A stretch of 64,000 nt of DNA from a virus (lineage: Duplodnaviria; Caudoviricetes): positions 32,001-96,000 of the IMG/VR virus record IMGVR_UViG_3300009671_000010. One strand, given 5' to 3'. Every line of letters begins with the position of its first letter. Positions within the stretch are counted from its first letter, which is position 1. Position numbers and translations under genes: made by a program. A model generated the notes under the pieces. The model was not told the DNA's origin. It saw only the letters and a program-made list of their open reading frames with translations, and ran no database searches. Positions 32,201 through 41,735 of the stretch are shown piece by piece.

Positions 32201-34037
32201 TTGGGATTTTACATCAGATAATACAAGCAGTAATTTAACGCTTACAAGAGGTGCCAATACGTATACGTATTGGCATAGTGGTAATTTTGATCCATCTACT
32301 AAAGCAGATAGTAATCATAATCATGATTCAAGATATGCAAGATTAAACCTTGGTACAGCTACAACTATTGAACAAAACAGAGATGTATTAGCTACAGGCA
32401 TTTATTCGTATATAGTTAAATCAACCACAATTAACAGACCTTCAGGCTTATCTTACGGTTCTTCTATTACTTGGGGTACTGGTGCAACAGGTAGTGCACA
32501 ATTATTAATCGGGTGGACTTCATCAGATCAAAATTATATTGCGTTCAGAAGTCTTAGAAATACAACAGATAACTGGTGGAACTTCAAAAGAATTTATCAT
32601 GAAGGATATAAACCATCTCCTGCAGACATTGGGGCAGCAGCATCAACACATTCTCATACATCAACAGAATTACCATCCAATGTTGTCTATACAGATACTA
32701 CTCAAACGATAAGTGGAGCAAAAACATTTTCAAATAATGTAATAGTGGGTTCTACTTCTACTGCGTCAAATAGAGTTGTAAGGGTTTTAACCAATGATTC
32801 ATATAATGCAGGGTTTGAAGCTTACGGGTCAAACCAAGGAACAGGTTATCTTTTTGTAGGGCAAGGATCTACTTACGGGGGTGGAATATTTTATAATGGA
32901 GATGGTAGCCCGTCTTTCGCTTCAGGGGAAATAGCAGACAGAATATGTTTTTATAGGATGAACTCAAGTTCTAAGAGTGTAGTTTTTTATTATCCACATA
33001 ATTCAAACGATGTTTACTTTAATGGAAATCTTATTTTAAATAGTGATTCAAATGGGTTTAAATTATCTCAAGGGCAGTTAATAACAAATGGTGCACATTA
33101 TAGTTCAGTAAATTTTGCATTTACTGGTAGTACTACAGGCGAAAATATACAATTGCAGACAGATAATGGTTATCAAAGAGTGTTAGCAAATGCAGGATTG
33201 GGTTACGGTGCATTAGCACTTGGAGTTGGTAATTACGGTAATCAATTAGTAGTATATTCATCCGAAATACAGTCTAATATTCCTTTAATTGCAAATAGTA
33301 CTTTTACTTGCTCAGGTTCTGCGGTTTTTAGTTCTAATTTGGCAGTTTCAGGTTCTGCTGTTTTTAGTTCTAATGTCACAGTTTATGGTACTCTGGATGT
33401 GGAGGACATCTATTGTGTTGGTATACAGACCATGCACACAGTGGGTAATACTAATATCAGGGCAACAGGTGCAGTAAATTTACAGTGGTACGATACAACA
33501 GGGATTGCTAATGCTCGAGTATCCGCACATAGTGGTGGAACTACCCTATATGGTAATACTAAAGTGGATATAAGTAATTGGAAAGAGTTCAGGATCTCGA
33601 ATGCATCTACTCAGATGCTGGTAAATGCTGATGGGGCCAACTTCTATAAGAAATGTACTATTGACTCATCTGATGCTGAAGTGTTCAAAATTTGCAATGG
33701 TGCTAACACTTACCTTTCAGTAACAAGCAGTGCAATAAATGTTGAACACCCTTTAGTTTTTAAAGATGCAGTAATATCTGGATTTGCCGAAATTGCAGCT
33801 TTTACAGGGACTTTTAACAGTGTAAAGTATTATTCTTCTATCCTTATTACAAGTGGTCCGAATGGTGCACATATAACATTACCAACTACTGGAATTTCAG
33901 ATGGTCAGATAGTTACATTTGCAAGGATTCCCCTGCAGCACACTGAATGGTATGTGAATGGAATAGCTTTAGTAGTTGGAAAATTATATGTGTTTCAGTT
34001 TTGCGCAAACCTAGGACAATGGCTAGTTAATCAGTAA
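29220..34037 (+). CDS. Long tail fibre protein
   Basis: 1605 aa, T/S/G/N-rich; fibre motifs YFRGDKTWQTLNT, VPEGSNLYFT, GTTSGTVCQGNDSRLSDAR, WHSGNFDP, IYHEGYKPSPADIGA; HxH motifs; internal repeats. Confidence 0.88.
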   Translation: MDEIYKLYEGSDEQCDIVQHNRELLWVKDVGASGALRYMDNDGVVTYIYPYINDLDLTHIFDGLNTGIITESGNLYYTDERVDLRISNMMGVPYGIVPLNDSGLIPYQYIPPISGSVSLVNYYTKKNLQTPGQSYVHWDNIINAPVTDLPSNEGAEGYLYTDISGILSWKDISTSDNSEPYLGLPAVSGYILSSSNTGVRSWVPAYTHPVYQTINLSLSGNMVLSSIVVDSLGHITTLSGRTISYNDISAQKHNSKLDSLSNLNSTSGFIYQNGTNTFTKYQFGGTGTSNFISRSDHTHTGDYEPILTSGTIAQYFRGDKTWQTLNTSNVPEGSNLYFTSSRVISTLSGAISTALTSNLTSSRVIVSNSSGKLTTSSITSTQLSYLSGVLSPIQAQLDLKQDHSNILDGIVNLNTSTGFVYKSDANSFITYNFGGNGVSSDISRSDHNHSGTYEPVITGTANRILKIQSDGTGVTESIIRDNGTTATINGAMSISGNIIGTGSANLTVSMNATNKQLLLTGGTSAVQSSGAIIKLYGITESTNAGRLYLGAGTGKEIVLNADAVSLSKSYFGTRPVKDYYDLAIGNHTFWDNSNYLNIIDNAYYDGGWKYRTTRGAARIAIGSNGNINLMVASEGTADSALTWKTAIYSANTGNVAIGHTSPTENLDVSGNIKLSGTLNVGSIPAYSSSATTYLTSNSGIISSRTAAQVRSDIGAQTAIAGTANRILKVQSDGTGVTESSISDNGTIVDFTNTGSTLFKSYLYIGGLPTSVNSLFTGNNYALIYSTGTNTGSYPFNNYGHLIIQAQSTQPRSILFVAGTTPEVKMRINPNNVVVNNPLSVDGNINVGGLTASRIVETDATKTLVSVAKNTAYNKNFGTTSGTVCQGNDSRLSDARTPTSHASTHLSGGSDQLFDQNLNTTNAPLFTGGSYRTNSGSNPLYITRIGTNTESMAMWVDDVIGHVYRTNDEFSGKFRITIENTDTEDSDGSRANTAYWDFTSDNTSSNLTLTRGANTYTYWHSGNFDPSTKADSNHNHDSRYARLNLGTATTIEQNRDVLATGIYSYIVKSTTINRPSGLSYGSSITWGTGATGSAQLLIGWTSSDQNYIAFRSLRNTTDNWWNFKRIYHEGYKPSPADIGAAASTHSHTSTELPSNVVYTDTTQTISGAKTFSNNVIVGSTSTASNRVVRVLTNDSYNAGFEAYGSNQGTGYLFVGQGSTYGGGIFYNGDGSPSFASGEIADRICFYRMNSSSKSVVFYYPHNSNDVYFNGNLILNSDSNGFKLSQGQLITNGAHYSSVNFAFTGSTTGENIQLQTDNGYQRVLANAGLGYGALALGVGNYGNQLVVYSSEIQSNIPLIANSTFTCSGSAVFSSNLAVSGSAVFSSNVTVYGTLDVEDIYCVGIQTMHTVGNTNIRATGAVNLQWYDTTGIANARVSAHSGGTTLYGNTKVDISNWKEFRISNASTQMLVNADGANFYKKCTIDSSDAEVFKICNGANTYLSVTSSAINVEHPLVFKDAVISGFAEIAAFTGTFNSVKYYSSILITSGPNGAHITLPTTGISDGQIVTFARIPLQHTEWYVNGIALVVGKLYVFQFCANLGQWLVNQ
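29970..30599 (+). repeat. Internal duplication in tail fibre (about 60 aa; copies at about 29970-30150 and 30420-30599)
   Basis: Q.H...LD...NLN...GF.Y....N.F..Y.FGG.G.S..ISRSDH.H.G.YEP occurs twice. Confidence 0.85.
30594..31457 (+). repeat. 26-aa repeat in tail fibre (30594-30671 and 31380-31457)
   Basis: GTANRILKIQSDGTGVTESIIRDNGT versus GTANRILKVQSDGTGVTESSISDNGT; DNA copies differ mostly at synonymous sites. Confidence 0.9.
33312..33374 (+). repeat. Short tandem duplication, 36-bp period (SGSAVFSSN x2)
   Basis: tcaggttctgcggtttttagttctaat and tcaggttctgctgtttttagttctaat, 26/27 identical. Confidence 0.9.
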
Positions 34038-34099
34038 TATTTACTGTGTAAAATAGAATAATATTTTTTATATATACTATCTTTAAAGGAGGGAAATTT

Positions 34100-34477
34100 A
34101 TGGAAATTAAAGCATCTAATTTTTTGAATCAAAGATTTATCGATGCATATCGTTCGTTGGCAGAAAAAGACAATCTTGGCATATCAACTATGTCGGTAAT
34201 TAAAGTTATTAAAAAACTTTCAGAAGAACATGAGGTTTTCGAAAAGACAAGGTTAAGTATTTTTAAAAAATACGGTACACTTGAAGGTGAACAATATGTG
34301 GTCAAAGCATCTAATTTAGATGAAAAACAATTTGAAGATTTTACCAAAGAAATCAATGATTTACATGAATCAAATATTAATATTCCTATTGATTCAAAAA
34401 TAAAAATTTCATATAAATGTGGATTAAAACCTGTTGAATTTATTCTATTAGATGAATTTATTGAAGCCAGTGAATAA
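34100..34477 (+). CDS. Small acidic helical protein after tail fibre (DUF1617-like, possible fibre chaperone)
   Basis: Strong AAGGAGGG RBS; FEKTRLSIFKKYG...FTKEINDL pattern. Confidence 0.55.
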   Translation: MEIKASNFLNQRFIDAYRSLAEKDNLGISTMSVIKVIKKLSEEHEVFEKTRLSIFKKYGTLEGEQYVVKASNLDEKQFEDFTKEINDLHESNINIPIDSKIKISYKCGLKPVEFILLDEFIEASE

Positions 34478-35766
34478 TGAAATATTATATACAATATCCA
34501 ATATCTGTAGATTGTAATTTATCTTGCCCATATTGTTTTTTCACAGAAGAGAAGAACAGGAGTGATTTAAATGCTCCTGATTTTTCTGTTCATGAATATA
34601 ATATTTGGAGAGATACACATCTAAAGGATGCTGATGAAATTTTATTACATTTTCAAGGTGGAGAACCAACTACTGATAAAAATATCAGTGATATAGTAGA
34701 ATTTTTAAGTAATACATCAATTGAGAAAATTGATTTACTTACTAATGGACTAGGTTCAATTGATAGTTATGAAAAACTCTTACCTTATAGACATAGGTTT
34801 CATAGGATAGGATTTACTTTTCATAGAAAAGTTATTGGTCATGATTCCAATTTATGTCAGACATTTCATGATAATGTTTTATTAATGAAATCATTAGGAT
34901 TTCCAGTTTATGTTAAAGAATTACTTTTTTCAGAAGAAACAGATAGAATTATATCTAGTAAGTTATCCTGGGAAAAATATGATATTCCTTTTAAGATTCA
35001 AGATTTTAAAGGATGGGATGCAGGAACTGATTTTACAGAATACATGAATTATACAGATGAAGAACTTGCTTTAATAGATCAAGAATATCTTAAATCTGGA
35101 AATGAATGTTATTGTGTAAAAGGATATAAAAATATAATTATTCGTAGTGGCTGGATGAGTGGTGATATATTAGCATGTTGGAAAGATCTAACTGTAATTG
35201 GTAATATAAAAGATAATACATATAATCCTAATTATAAAATAATGGTGGATACCAGTTATCCAGATGGAATAGATGTTATTGTTGATAAGAAATTATATAG
35301 AGGTACCTATCCTAGGGATTCACGTAAATTAGAAAAACTTAGATTAGAAGGGTCCTATACTAGTGGAGAGAAAAGGTGTATGAAACTTAAAAATTTTCTT
35401 ATATTTGATAGTACTTTTAATGAATCATTTAATAAATTATTATCTATGGAATTTGATTCTGAAATATCAATGCAACTAGTGAAAACACTTAATGTAATTG
35501 AAAAACAGAAAATGGATATTATAACTACACGTGATATTATAATTAAACGTTATGCTGTCTTAAATGATGACGGTGGTTATAAAATGGAAAATGATAAACT
35601 AGTGTTTGTTGATGATTCTAAAAAACAAAAACTTAATGATGAAATAAATTTATTATTAAATGGTGAATTTGAAATTCCATTAAATAAAAAATTAAGTATA
35701 GTAAGTGGTAAAATAACTCCATTGTCTATTAAATCTTTAATTGATGCTGGTATAATATCAATATAA
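34477..35766 (+). CDS. Radical SAM enzyme with C-terminal Cys (SPASM/twitch-like) segment, in frame with a DUF1617-like domain
   Basis: CNLSCPYC, FQGGEP, LLTNG; ECYCVKG...GDILACW; last 128 aa (from ATG 35380) resemble the 34100 protein. Confidence 0.85.
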   Translation: MKYYIQYPISVDCNLSCPYCFFTEEKNRSDLNAPDFSVHEYNIWRDTHLKDADEILLHFQGGEPTTDKNISDIVEFLSNTSIEKIDLLTNGLGSIDSYEKLLPYRHRFHRIGFTFHRKVIGHDSNLCQTFHDNVLLMKSLGFPVYVKELLFSEETDRIISSKLSWEKYDIPFKIQDFKGWDAGTDFTEYMNYTDEELALIDQEYLKSGNECYCVKGYKNIIIRSGWMSGDILACWKDLTVIGNIKDNTYNPNYKIMVDTSYPDGIDVIVDKKLYRGTYPRDSRKLEKLRLEGSYTSGEKRCMKLKNFLIFDSTFNESFNKLLSMEFDSEISMQLVKTLNVIEKQKMDIITTRDIIIKRYAVLNDDGGYKMENDKLVFVDDSKKQKLNDEINLLLNGEFEIPLNKKLSIVSGKITPLSIKSLIDAGIISI

Positions 35767-35795
35767 AAATATTATGAGGTACGGTGGATTAATAA

Positions 35796-37499
35796 ATGAG
35801 AACAAGTGGTTATTTTCCAAAATTAAATATAGGATCTACATTTTCTGACATAGATTGCCCTATTGCTGCTATCGAATTTAAAGATATTGTACCTGATAAA
35901 AATATAGATGTTATTAATAGCATTGACAGTATATATGATATTTATAAAAATTATTATATTCCTACTAAACTTCAAAATATAAGCGGTTTATATACATATC
36001 ATCCATATTTTATAAATACAAATTCACCTATTATAATTACAGATATGGTTTCCGATAACGGCTTACCTTTATTCTATCAGTATGAGTTATTATATAATTG
36101 TTATGGAAATATTAATGATGGTAATATCGTTACTATCTATAAAAATAATAATGAACTAGTTGACCCTAGCACATACAAACTACAATTTTCATATGATTTA
36201 CTTGATTCTAATCTTAGATACAGTAATACTATTTGGGATAAACAAGGAAACACATCAACTTATACACATAGAATTAGAATTTTATTTTCTAATACAATTC
36301 AATCCAATGATTTTTATGTTATAAAATATAAGAAAATTTATAATAATATAATTAATTATACAGAAGAACTTCTTTCATATAAGATATTATATTCAGATAG
36401 TTATTATACAATTACATCATCTGGTATTCAAACTGGTTCTGATATTAATAATGAATATATATATTATATGTATGATCCTAAAAGTCAGATCAATATATCT
36501 AGTGTTCAAACATTTTGTTCAGGTAATTTATGGAAATTATGTATAAATAGTGGCATTATATATGATGATAATAATTTATATAATATTTCTAATTTATATA
36601 ATTCAAATTACACGTTATCAGGAATAATTCCTGAATACATATATGGTAATATTATAAAGGTAAATCCTTCATATATTAATATTCCTTCAGGATATATATA
36701 TCCAAACTATGACTCTAATATTAAAGTTAGAGTTAATAATACAGATATGAATATAAAATCAGTTGATTATAATAATGGATATATATATTTAGATAATACA
36801 TGTAATAATATTGATAATATAACTGTCGACTTTGACATAGATACAAATAAAGTATTAATATTAGATAAAGTTGAATTAAATCCATATATATCAGGATCTG
36901 TATTTAATATAAGTAGTTATAATAATGGAATTGGAATATCAGCTTTAAAAGTTAATTCTAATGAAATATCAAAATTATTTATATATGATATCGACAGTAA
37001 TATATCTACCAGAGAGTGTTATGAAATATCACCATCAGGATCATATGAAACACTTTCATGGGATAATATGATTACTATTAGTGAGATATATAAAAAAAAT
37101 ATTTCTAAAGATAATATTAATATATATGATGCTAGAAGAATTGGTGGTGGATATAAAGATAATATCATACATGATAATTTAAAAAATACTGAAAATAGTA
37201 TTGAATATAATTGGTACTCTGATATTGGTTTTTATGATGGCGAACCATTTGCTAATAATGGACTTATTATTATTAATATTCCTGAATATAAATTAAACAA
37301 TTTGAAACAAAAATGGATTGATGAATATATTACATATTCTGAAGATCCAATAAAAGCATATAATGACGCAATTAGAGAATATAACTATTATCTTGATTTT
37401 ACAATACGTAAATATATATCTGCAGGCAGCAGTTATGTATTAGTTCCAGTTACGTCATCTGGTACTTTTGGAGACATAGTTGATTTACAAAATTATTAA
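35796..37499 (+). CDS. Putative baseplate/virion structural protein (Ser-Gly motif-rich)
   Basis: 567 aa; VDYNNGYIYL and C-terminal DARRIGGG...DIGFYDGEP..NNGLIIINIP motifs of the kind seen in large-phage structural proteins. Confidence 0.55.
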   Translation: MRTSGYFPKLNIGSTFSDIDCPIAAIEFKDIVPDKNIDVINSIDSIYDIYKNYYIPTKLQNISGLYTYHPYFINTNSPIIITDMVSDNGLPLFYQYELLYNCYGNINDGNIVTIYKNNNELVDPSTYKLQFSYDLLDSNLRYSNTIWDKQGNTSTYTHRIRILFSNTIQSNDFYVIKYKKIYNNIINYTEELLSYKILYSDSYYTITSSGIQTGSDINNEYIYYMYDPKSQINISSVQTFCSGNLWKLCINSGIIYDDNNLYNISNLYNSNYTLSGIIPEYIYGNIIKVNPSYINIPSGYIYPNYDSNIKVRVNNTDMNIKSVDYNNGYIYLDNTCNNIDNITVDFDIDTNKVLILDKVELNPYISGSVFNISSYNNGIGISALKVNSNEISKLFIYDIDSNISTRECYEISPSGSYETLSWDNMITISEIYKKNISKDNINIYDARRIGGGYKDNIIHDNLKNTENSIEYNWYSDIGFYDGEPFANNGLIIINIPEYKLNNLKQKWIDEYITYSEDPIKAYNDAIREYNYYLDFTIRKYISAGSSYVLVPVTSSGTFGDIVDLQNY

Positions 37500-37507
37500 G
37501 GAATATA

Positions 37508-39694
37508 ATGAAAGATTTTAATTATAGTAATAATTTAATAGATATACAAAATCAGCTAATTGCTCAGTCAATACGAGATTCATCTAATCTACAATTAGCT
37601 AAAACAGAAGAAGCTATTAAATCTGTCATGCAATCATATATAGATAGATTTAATAAAGTTGGAGGAATGCTCACTGATATATCTAAATATATTGTACAAA
37701 GTAAAACTTTAATTAAAGTAGATACTTTTAATAAGTTATTTGAAAGTATATATATAGATTTTTTATCATTATATAAAAACTTAGAAACAGTGGATAATAT
37801 ACTCAGTTTAAATCTTAATAGAAATAAACTGTTTTATTTTTCAATTAAAAAGAAAATTCGTGATCTATGGAATCAACTTGAACTAGTTGAAAACTCAATA
37901 CTTACTGATACTAATTCTAGTTCTATTATATATGAATCATTTCAAAATGATATTAACATTAGTAAGAGTAAAGATATATTTATAGATAAAAAAAATGGAA
38001 TAATACATTTAAATACTGTAAAAAAACAAGTTATAAATAAATCATTTAATATAAAATCAGTAGTCTGTAATACATATCCATCTGATAACATAGATGGTGG
38101 TGTTTATTATTCATCTAATACATTAAATTCTTTTAATGAAAATTATTCTAGTGGATCGCATGATTTGTTAGAAAATGGTTTATGGAAAGAAGAAGTTATA
38201 TGTAATGATATTCCATCATTATTATTAAATATAGGTTCTTCAGTTCAAAAACTATATAAATCATTCGATGGTATAGTCTCAGTTATTGATATTGAATTTG
38301 CAAGTAATATATCTTTTAATAGATTTGACATAGATGTATTTTGTGATAGTTATCTAAATTTAGATTCTATATTATATAAAAGTTATAATGAAGATACATG
38401 GAAATATGTTAAATCAAATAATCAATCTGTTTCTATGAAAAATTTTGATATTATTTCTCAAATGAATATAGATATATGTACATGTAGATTTTTAAGAATT
38501 GTATTAAATCAAAAAAATTATACCATTCTAACACAATTAAGTGAACCTAGTTTAAATATAGATGAACAAGTTAAAAAAGATTTATCTGAACGAAGATATG
38601 AACTTGTTAAATTTGATAAAAATATATATAATTTAGCAGTTCCTAATAATTCAAATAATATTTCATTATATAACAAAATTATTAATGTTATTGAAACTAC
38701 CAGAGATATTAATAAAATTTTGAATAAGATAGAAAAAATACTTATTCCAGATATTAATGTCTTAAAATATGATTATCATAATACTTATAAATATGAAATA
38801 GGAGCATGGTCTATTGAACCTATTTTAGAAAAATATACATCAAATACTGGTTTTTTTAAATCATCTGATTATTTAATAGATAAAGGTACTCCAATATCGA
38901 TTACTATAGATACAATTCAGAGTACTCCAGATTTAAGTACATGTAATTGGTATATTACTTATAATAATAAAAATATTCCAATCTTAGAAAATAAAAATAC
39001 ATTTAGACGAGAAAAAATAAAAAACTTTGATATAAGCAAATATTTAGATTTTTCATTATGGAATGGTACATTTATGTTACTTGATTTTCCTGTTGACCCC
39101 AGTAAATTAAGTTATATATCAATATATGAAAATGGAATAAAAATGTCTATTAATTATACTGATATTATTTTTCTCAATTCAAAATTAATATATATAGATA
39201 GTATTAGTAAATTTTCTAAACTTGATTATGTAATTGAATATTATACCCCTATTAATAGTTGCGTTAATCTATGGGCTCTGAGACCTAATGACACTAACAT
39301 TTCTAATATTAATGATATTCCATTAGGGGTTGTATCATCCAGAAGAGATTTTTTAGAATTATTCATTAATAATGCTAAAATAAATATAACTGGAGAAGAA
39401 AGTTATCTATCATCTTTTTTTATTATTGAAAATTTTATAGCATTAAAAGATGAAGCTATGATGTGGTTTGGTTCTACTTTTAATACTTGTTTATTTATTT
39501 CATCTGAATTATTAGAAAAAAATATTATATCATTTGATATAAATTCATATATTACTATTTCATCATCTAAGATATCTGGAAATATAAATATAGCAAATGA
39601 CTATTTAAATAGTAATATAATTTCTTCATGTGACTATAGTTTAATAGGTAGCACATGTAATCTAATTTCTTCTTTTAATAAGGATATGCTATGA
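37508..39694 (+). CDS. Putative virion structural protein (paralog family with 40389, 45994)
   Basis: N-terminal helical segment FNKLFESIYIDFLSLY then YESF...IDKKNGIIHL. Confidence 0.55.
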   Translation: MKDFNYSNNLIDIQNQLIAQSIRDSSNLQLAKTEEAIKSVMQSYIDRFNKVGGMLTDISKYIVQSKTLIKVDTFNKLFESIYIDFLSLYKNLETVDNILSLNLNRNKLFYFSIKKKIRDLWNQLELVENSILTDTNSSSIIYESFQNDINISKSKDIFIDKKNGIIHLNTVKKQVINKSFNIKSVVCNTYPSDNIDGGVYYSSNTLNSFNENYSSGSHDLLENGLWKEEVICNDIPSLLLNIGSSVQKLYKSFDGIVSVIDIEFASNISFNRFDIDVFCDSYLNLDSILYKSYNEDTWKYVKSNNQSVSMKNFDIISQMNIDICTCRFLRIVLNQKNYTILTQLSEPSLNIDEQVKKDLSERRYELVKFDKNIYNLAVPNNSNNISLYNKIINVIETTRDINKILNKIEKILIPDINVLKYDYHNTYKYEIGAWSIEPILEKYTSNTGFFKSSDYLIDKGTPISITIDTIQSTPDLSTCNWYITYNNKNIPILENKNTFRREKIKNFDISKYLDFSLWNGTFMLLDFPVDPSKLSYISIYENGIKMSINYTDIIFLNSKLIYIDSISKFSKLDYVIEYYTPINSCVNLWALRPNDTNISNINDIPLGVVSSRRDFLELFINNAKINITGEESYLSSFFIIENFIALKDEAMMWFGSTFNTCLFISSELLEKNIISFDINSYITISSSKISGNINIANDYLNSNIISSCDYSLIGSTCNLISSFNKDML

Positions 39695-40389
39695 TATTTG
39701 TGCCAGATTCATATATTCCATCAACAATATATTTACCATTTTATACATCTCCAAGAAAAAACATTATTAAATTAAATGATATTTCTCAGGAGATCGATAG
39801 TAATGGAATTAAATCAATAATTCATTTCGACAAACATACTCCATATATTGATTTTTCTAAGTTTAATTATGAAACGAAGAATTGGTATTGGTATGATATT
39901 AATAAATTTATGTATAAAATGAATTATAAATACATAGATAATAAAAAGAAATTTGTATTTGTAAATATTATGAATGATGATTCAATTGTAATGGATAATA
40001 TAAATTTATTATGGGATGATATAAAGTATGAATCATATATACTTACTGAAAATAAAACCAGGTTAACAAGCTATTCACCTATAGTAATATTATATAATAA
40101 AATACCTTTGATTGATTTGACAGATTATAATTTTTTTAAATTAAGAAATCCTGAAGTATTTAATAAATCTAATAAATATGAATTCTATTATGATTTTTCA
40201 TCTAGATGCTATACTAATATAGACTTTGATAATATAGATATTAATAATATAGAAATATGTTATTATGATATTCATAATATTTTTAATGTTAAATGTGACA
40301 TGGCGGCTAATAATGGAATGAATGGATATATTACTCCATACATTGATAATTATATGATAAAAATACATACACAAAATTCGAGAATATAA
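39691..40389 (+). CDS. Hypothetical (structural operon) protein
   Basis: 232-aa ORF coupled by ATGA/TAATG overlaps. Confidence 0.55.
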   Translation: MIFVPDSYIPSTIYLPFYTSPRKNIIKLNDISQEIDSNGIKSIIHFDKHTPYIDFSKFNYETKNWYWYDINKFMYKMNYKYIDNKKKFVFVNIMNDDSIVMDNINLLWDDIKYESYILTENKTRLTSYSPIVILYNKIPLIDLTDYNFFKLRNPEVFNKSNKYEFYYDFSSRCYTNIDFDNIDINNIEICYYDIHNIFNVKCDMAANNGMNGYITPYIDNYMIKIHTQNSRI

Positions 40390-41735
40390 TGAAAAACTTT
40401 TTTAAAATTAATGGAAAATATATCAATATTTTTAGAAGCAATGTATACAGTAGATTCGTTTCTTCTGATAAAAAAACAGATACTTCATTTTTAAAGTCAT
40501 TATTTGATGAAATATATTCTTTATTTTTAAAAATAGGTGGAAGAGTATCAAATAAAAATAATATTCAAAAAGATGGTGATTACCCTGATTCAAATAAATA
40601 TAATAGATTAATTACAGATATCAGTATAGATATGGATAAACTATACACCAGTCATAAAATTATAGAAGATGATATTAATAATTTAATTAAGTTTAATTCA
40701 TATCAAAGAGAACAAATAGAGAATAAAATATTAAATATACAACAATCTTTATTTGATTTACAGATTATTAATAAGATAAGTTCCTCGTTAAATGAATATA
40801 CTGATACATTCGAACATGGCAGTCTAATTGGTTCTGATTCTAAAAATGTTTTTGTAGATGAAAGTAGAAAAATATTAACTCTTGATAGCTCTACTACTGC
40901 AGATCATTCTATTGATATTGATAATGTTGAAATATTTTTTATAGATAAACCTTTAAATAATAATATATATCCTGATAATATTGCATTATCTGTAGGTTCT
41001 TTTTGGAAAAAGGAATCAAATGATCCACATTTTGTTGATAATAGAAATTTAAATGTAATTAAATCATACAAATCAATGTTAATCGATGATCCAAATAATT
41101 CCAATGGTATTGGTATATGTGAGTTTGAAGCTGTAGATACATATGATTCTACAGGTGGATTTTCGATGTATGAATCAATTAAAACATATATTCGTAAAAA
41201 TTATAATAAACCTAAAATATACATTGATATGTTAAATTCACTGCATAGTAAATATATAAGAAAAGTATATGATCCCTATTTTGATAATGAACAAAAATTT
41301 AAGGTTGTTATTCCTTTTAATTCTCAACTAAAAACTAATGAAGTTGTAATTGAGTTTACAAATACATATGATGGCTACGCTCCCCCGATAATTATATGGG
41401 ATGAATCAAAATTATATTCAGGAAATACATCTCATAATTTAATACCGTGTAAAAGTTCATCAAATGGAAAATATTCATGTATGATTAATACATTTGTTAT
41501 ACCTGATAGATTGGAACTTGTTATTAAGTATAAATCATCTAGTATTATGTGGAATACCTTCGATTATTATATGAGTCAATATACATATAAATCATCATAT
41601 CTATATTCAAGTATTGAATTAAATGGAATTAGACTTATTATAAATGATGAATGTAATATTTTTGTAGATAGCGAATATGATGAAATAAAAGAAAAAACAC
41701 GAGCAGTAAATATTTTAAAAGGAATAAGTAGATGA
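40389..41735 (+). CDS. Putative virion structural protein (paralog family)
   Basis: YNRLITDISIDMDKLY then YTDTF...VDESRKILTL. Confidence 0.55.
   Translation: MKNFFKINGKYINIFRSNVYSRFVSSDKKTDTSFLKSLFDEIYSLFLKIGGRVSNKNNIQKDGDYPDSNKYNRLITDISIDMDKLYTSHKIIEDDINNLIKFNSYQREQIENKILNIQQSLFDLQIINKISSSLNEYTDTFEHGSLIGSDSKNVFVDESRKILTLDSSTTADHSIDIDNVEIFFIDKPLNNNIYPDNIALSVGSFWKKESNDPHFVDNRNLNVIKSYKSMLIDDPNNSNGIGICEFEAVDTYDSTGGFSMYESIKTYIRKNYNKPKIYIDMLNSLHSKYIRKVYDPYFDNEQKFKVVIPFNSQLKTNEVVIEFTNTYDGYAPPIIIWDESKLYSGNTSHNLIPCKSSSNGKYSCMINTFVIPDRLELVIKYKSSSIMWNTFDYYMSQYTYKSSYLYSSIELNGIRLIINDECNIFVDSEYDEIKEKTRAVNILKGISR

Noticed and set aside
34038-34099. Sigma70 promoter upstream of the 34100 gene
   Set aside because: A TATACT-like hexamer is present but there is no convincing -35 at correct spacing in very AT-rich DNA; only the RBS is supportable.
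29220-34477. Diversity-generating retroelement or invertible cassette acting on the tail fibre
   Set aside because: No reverse transcriptase or invertase in the window; repeat copies differ at synonymous sites, not specifically at adenines.
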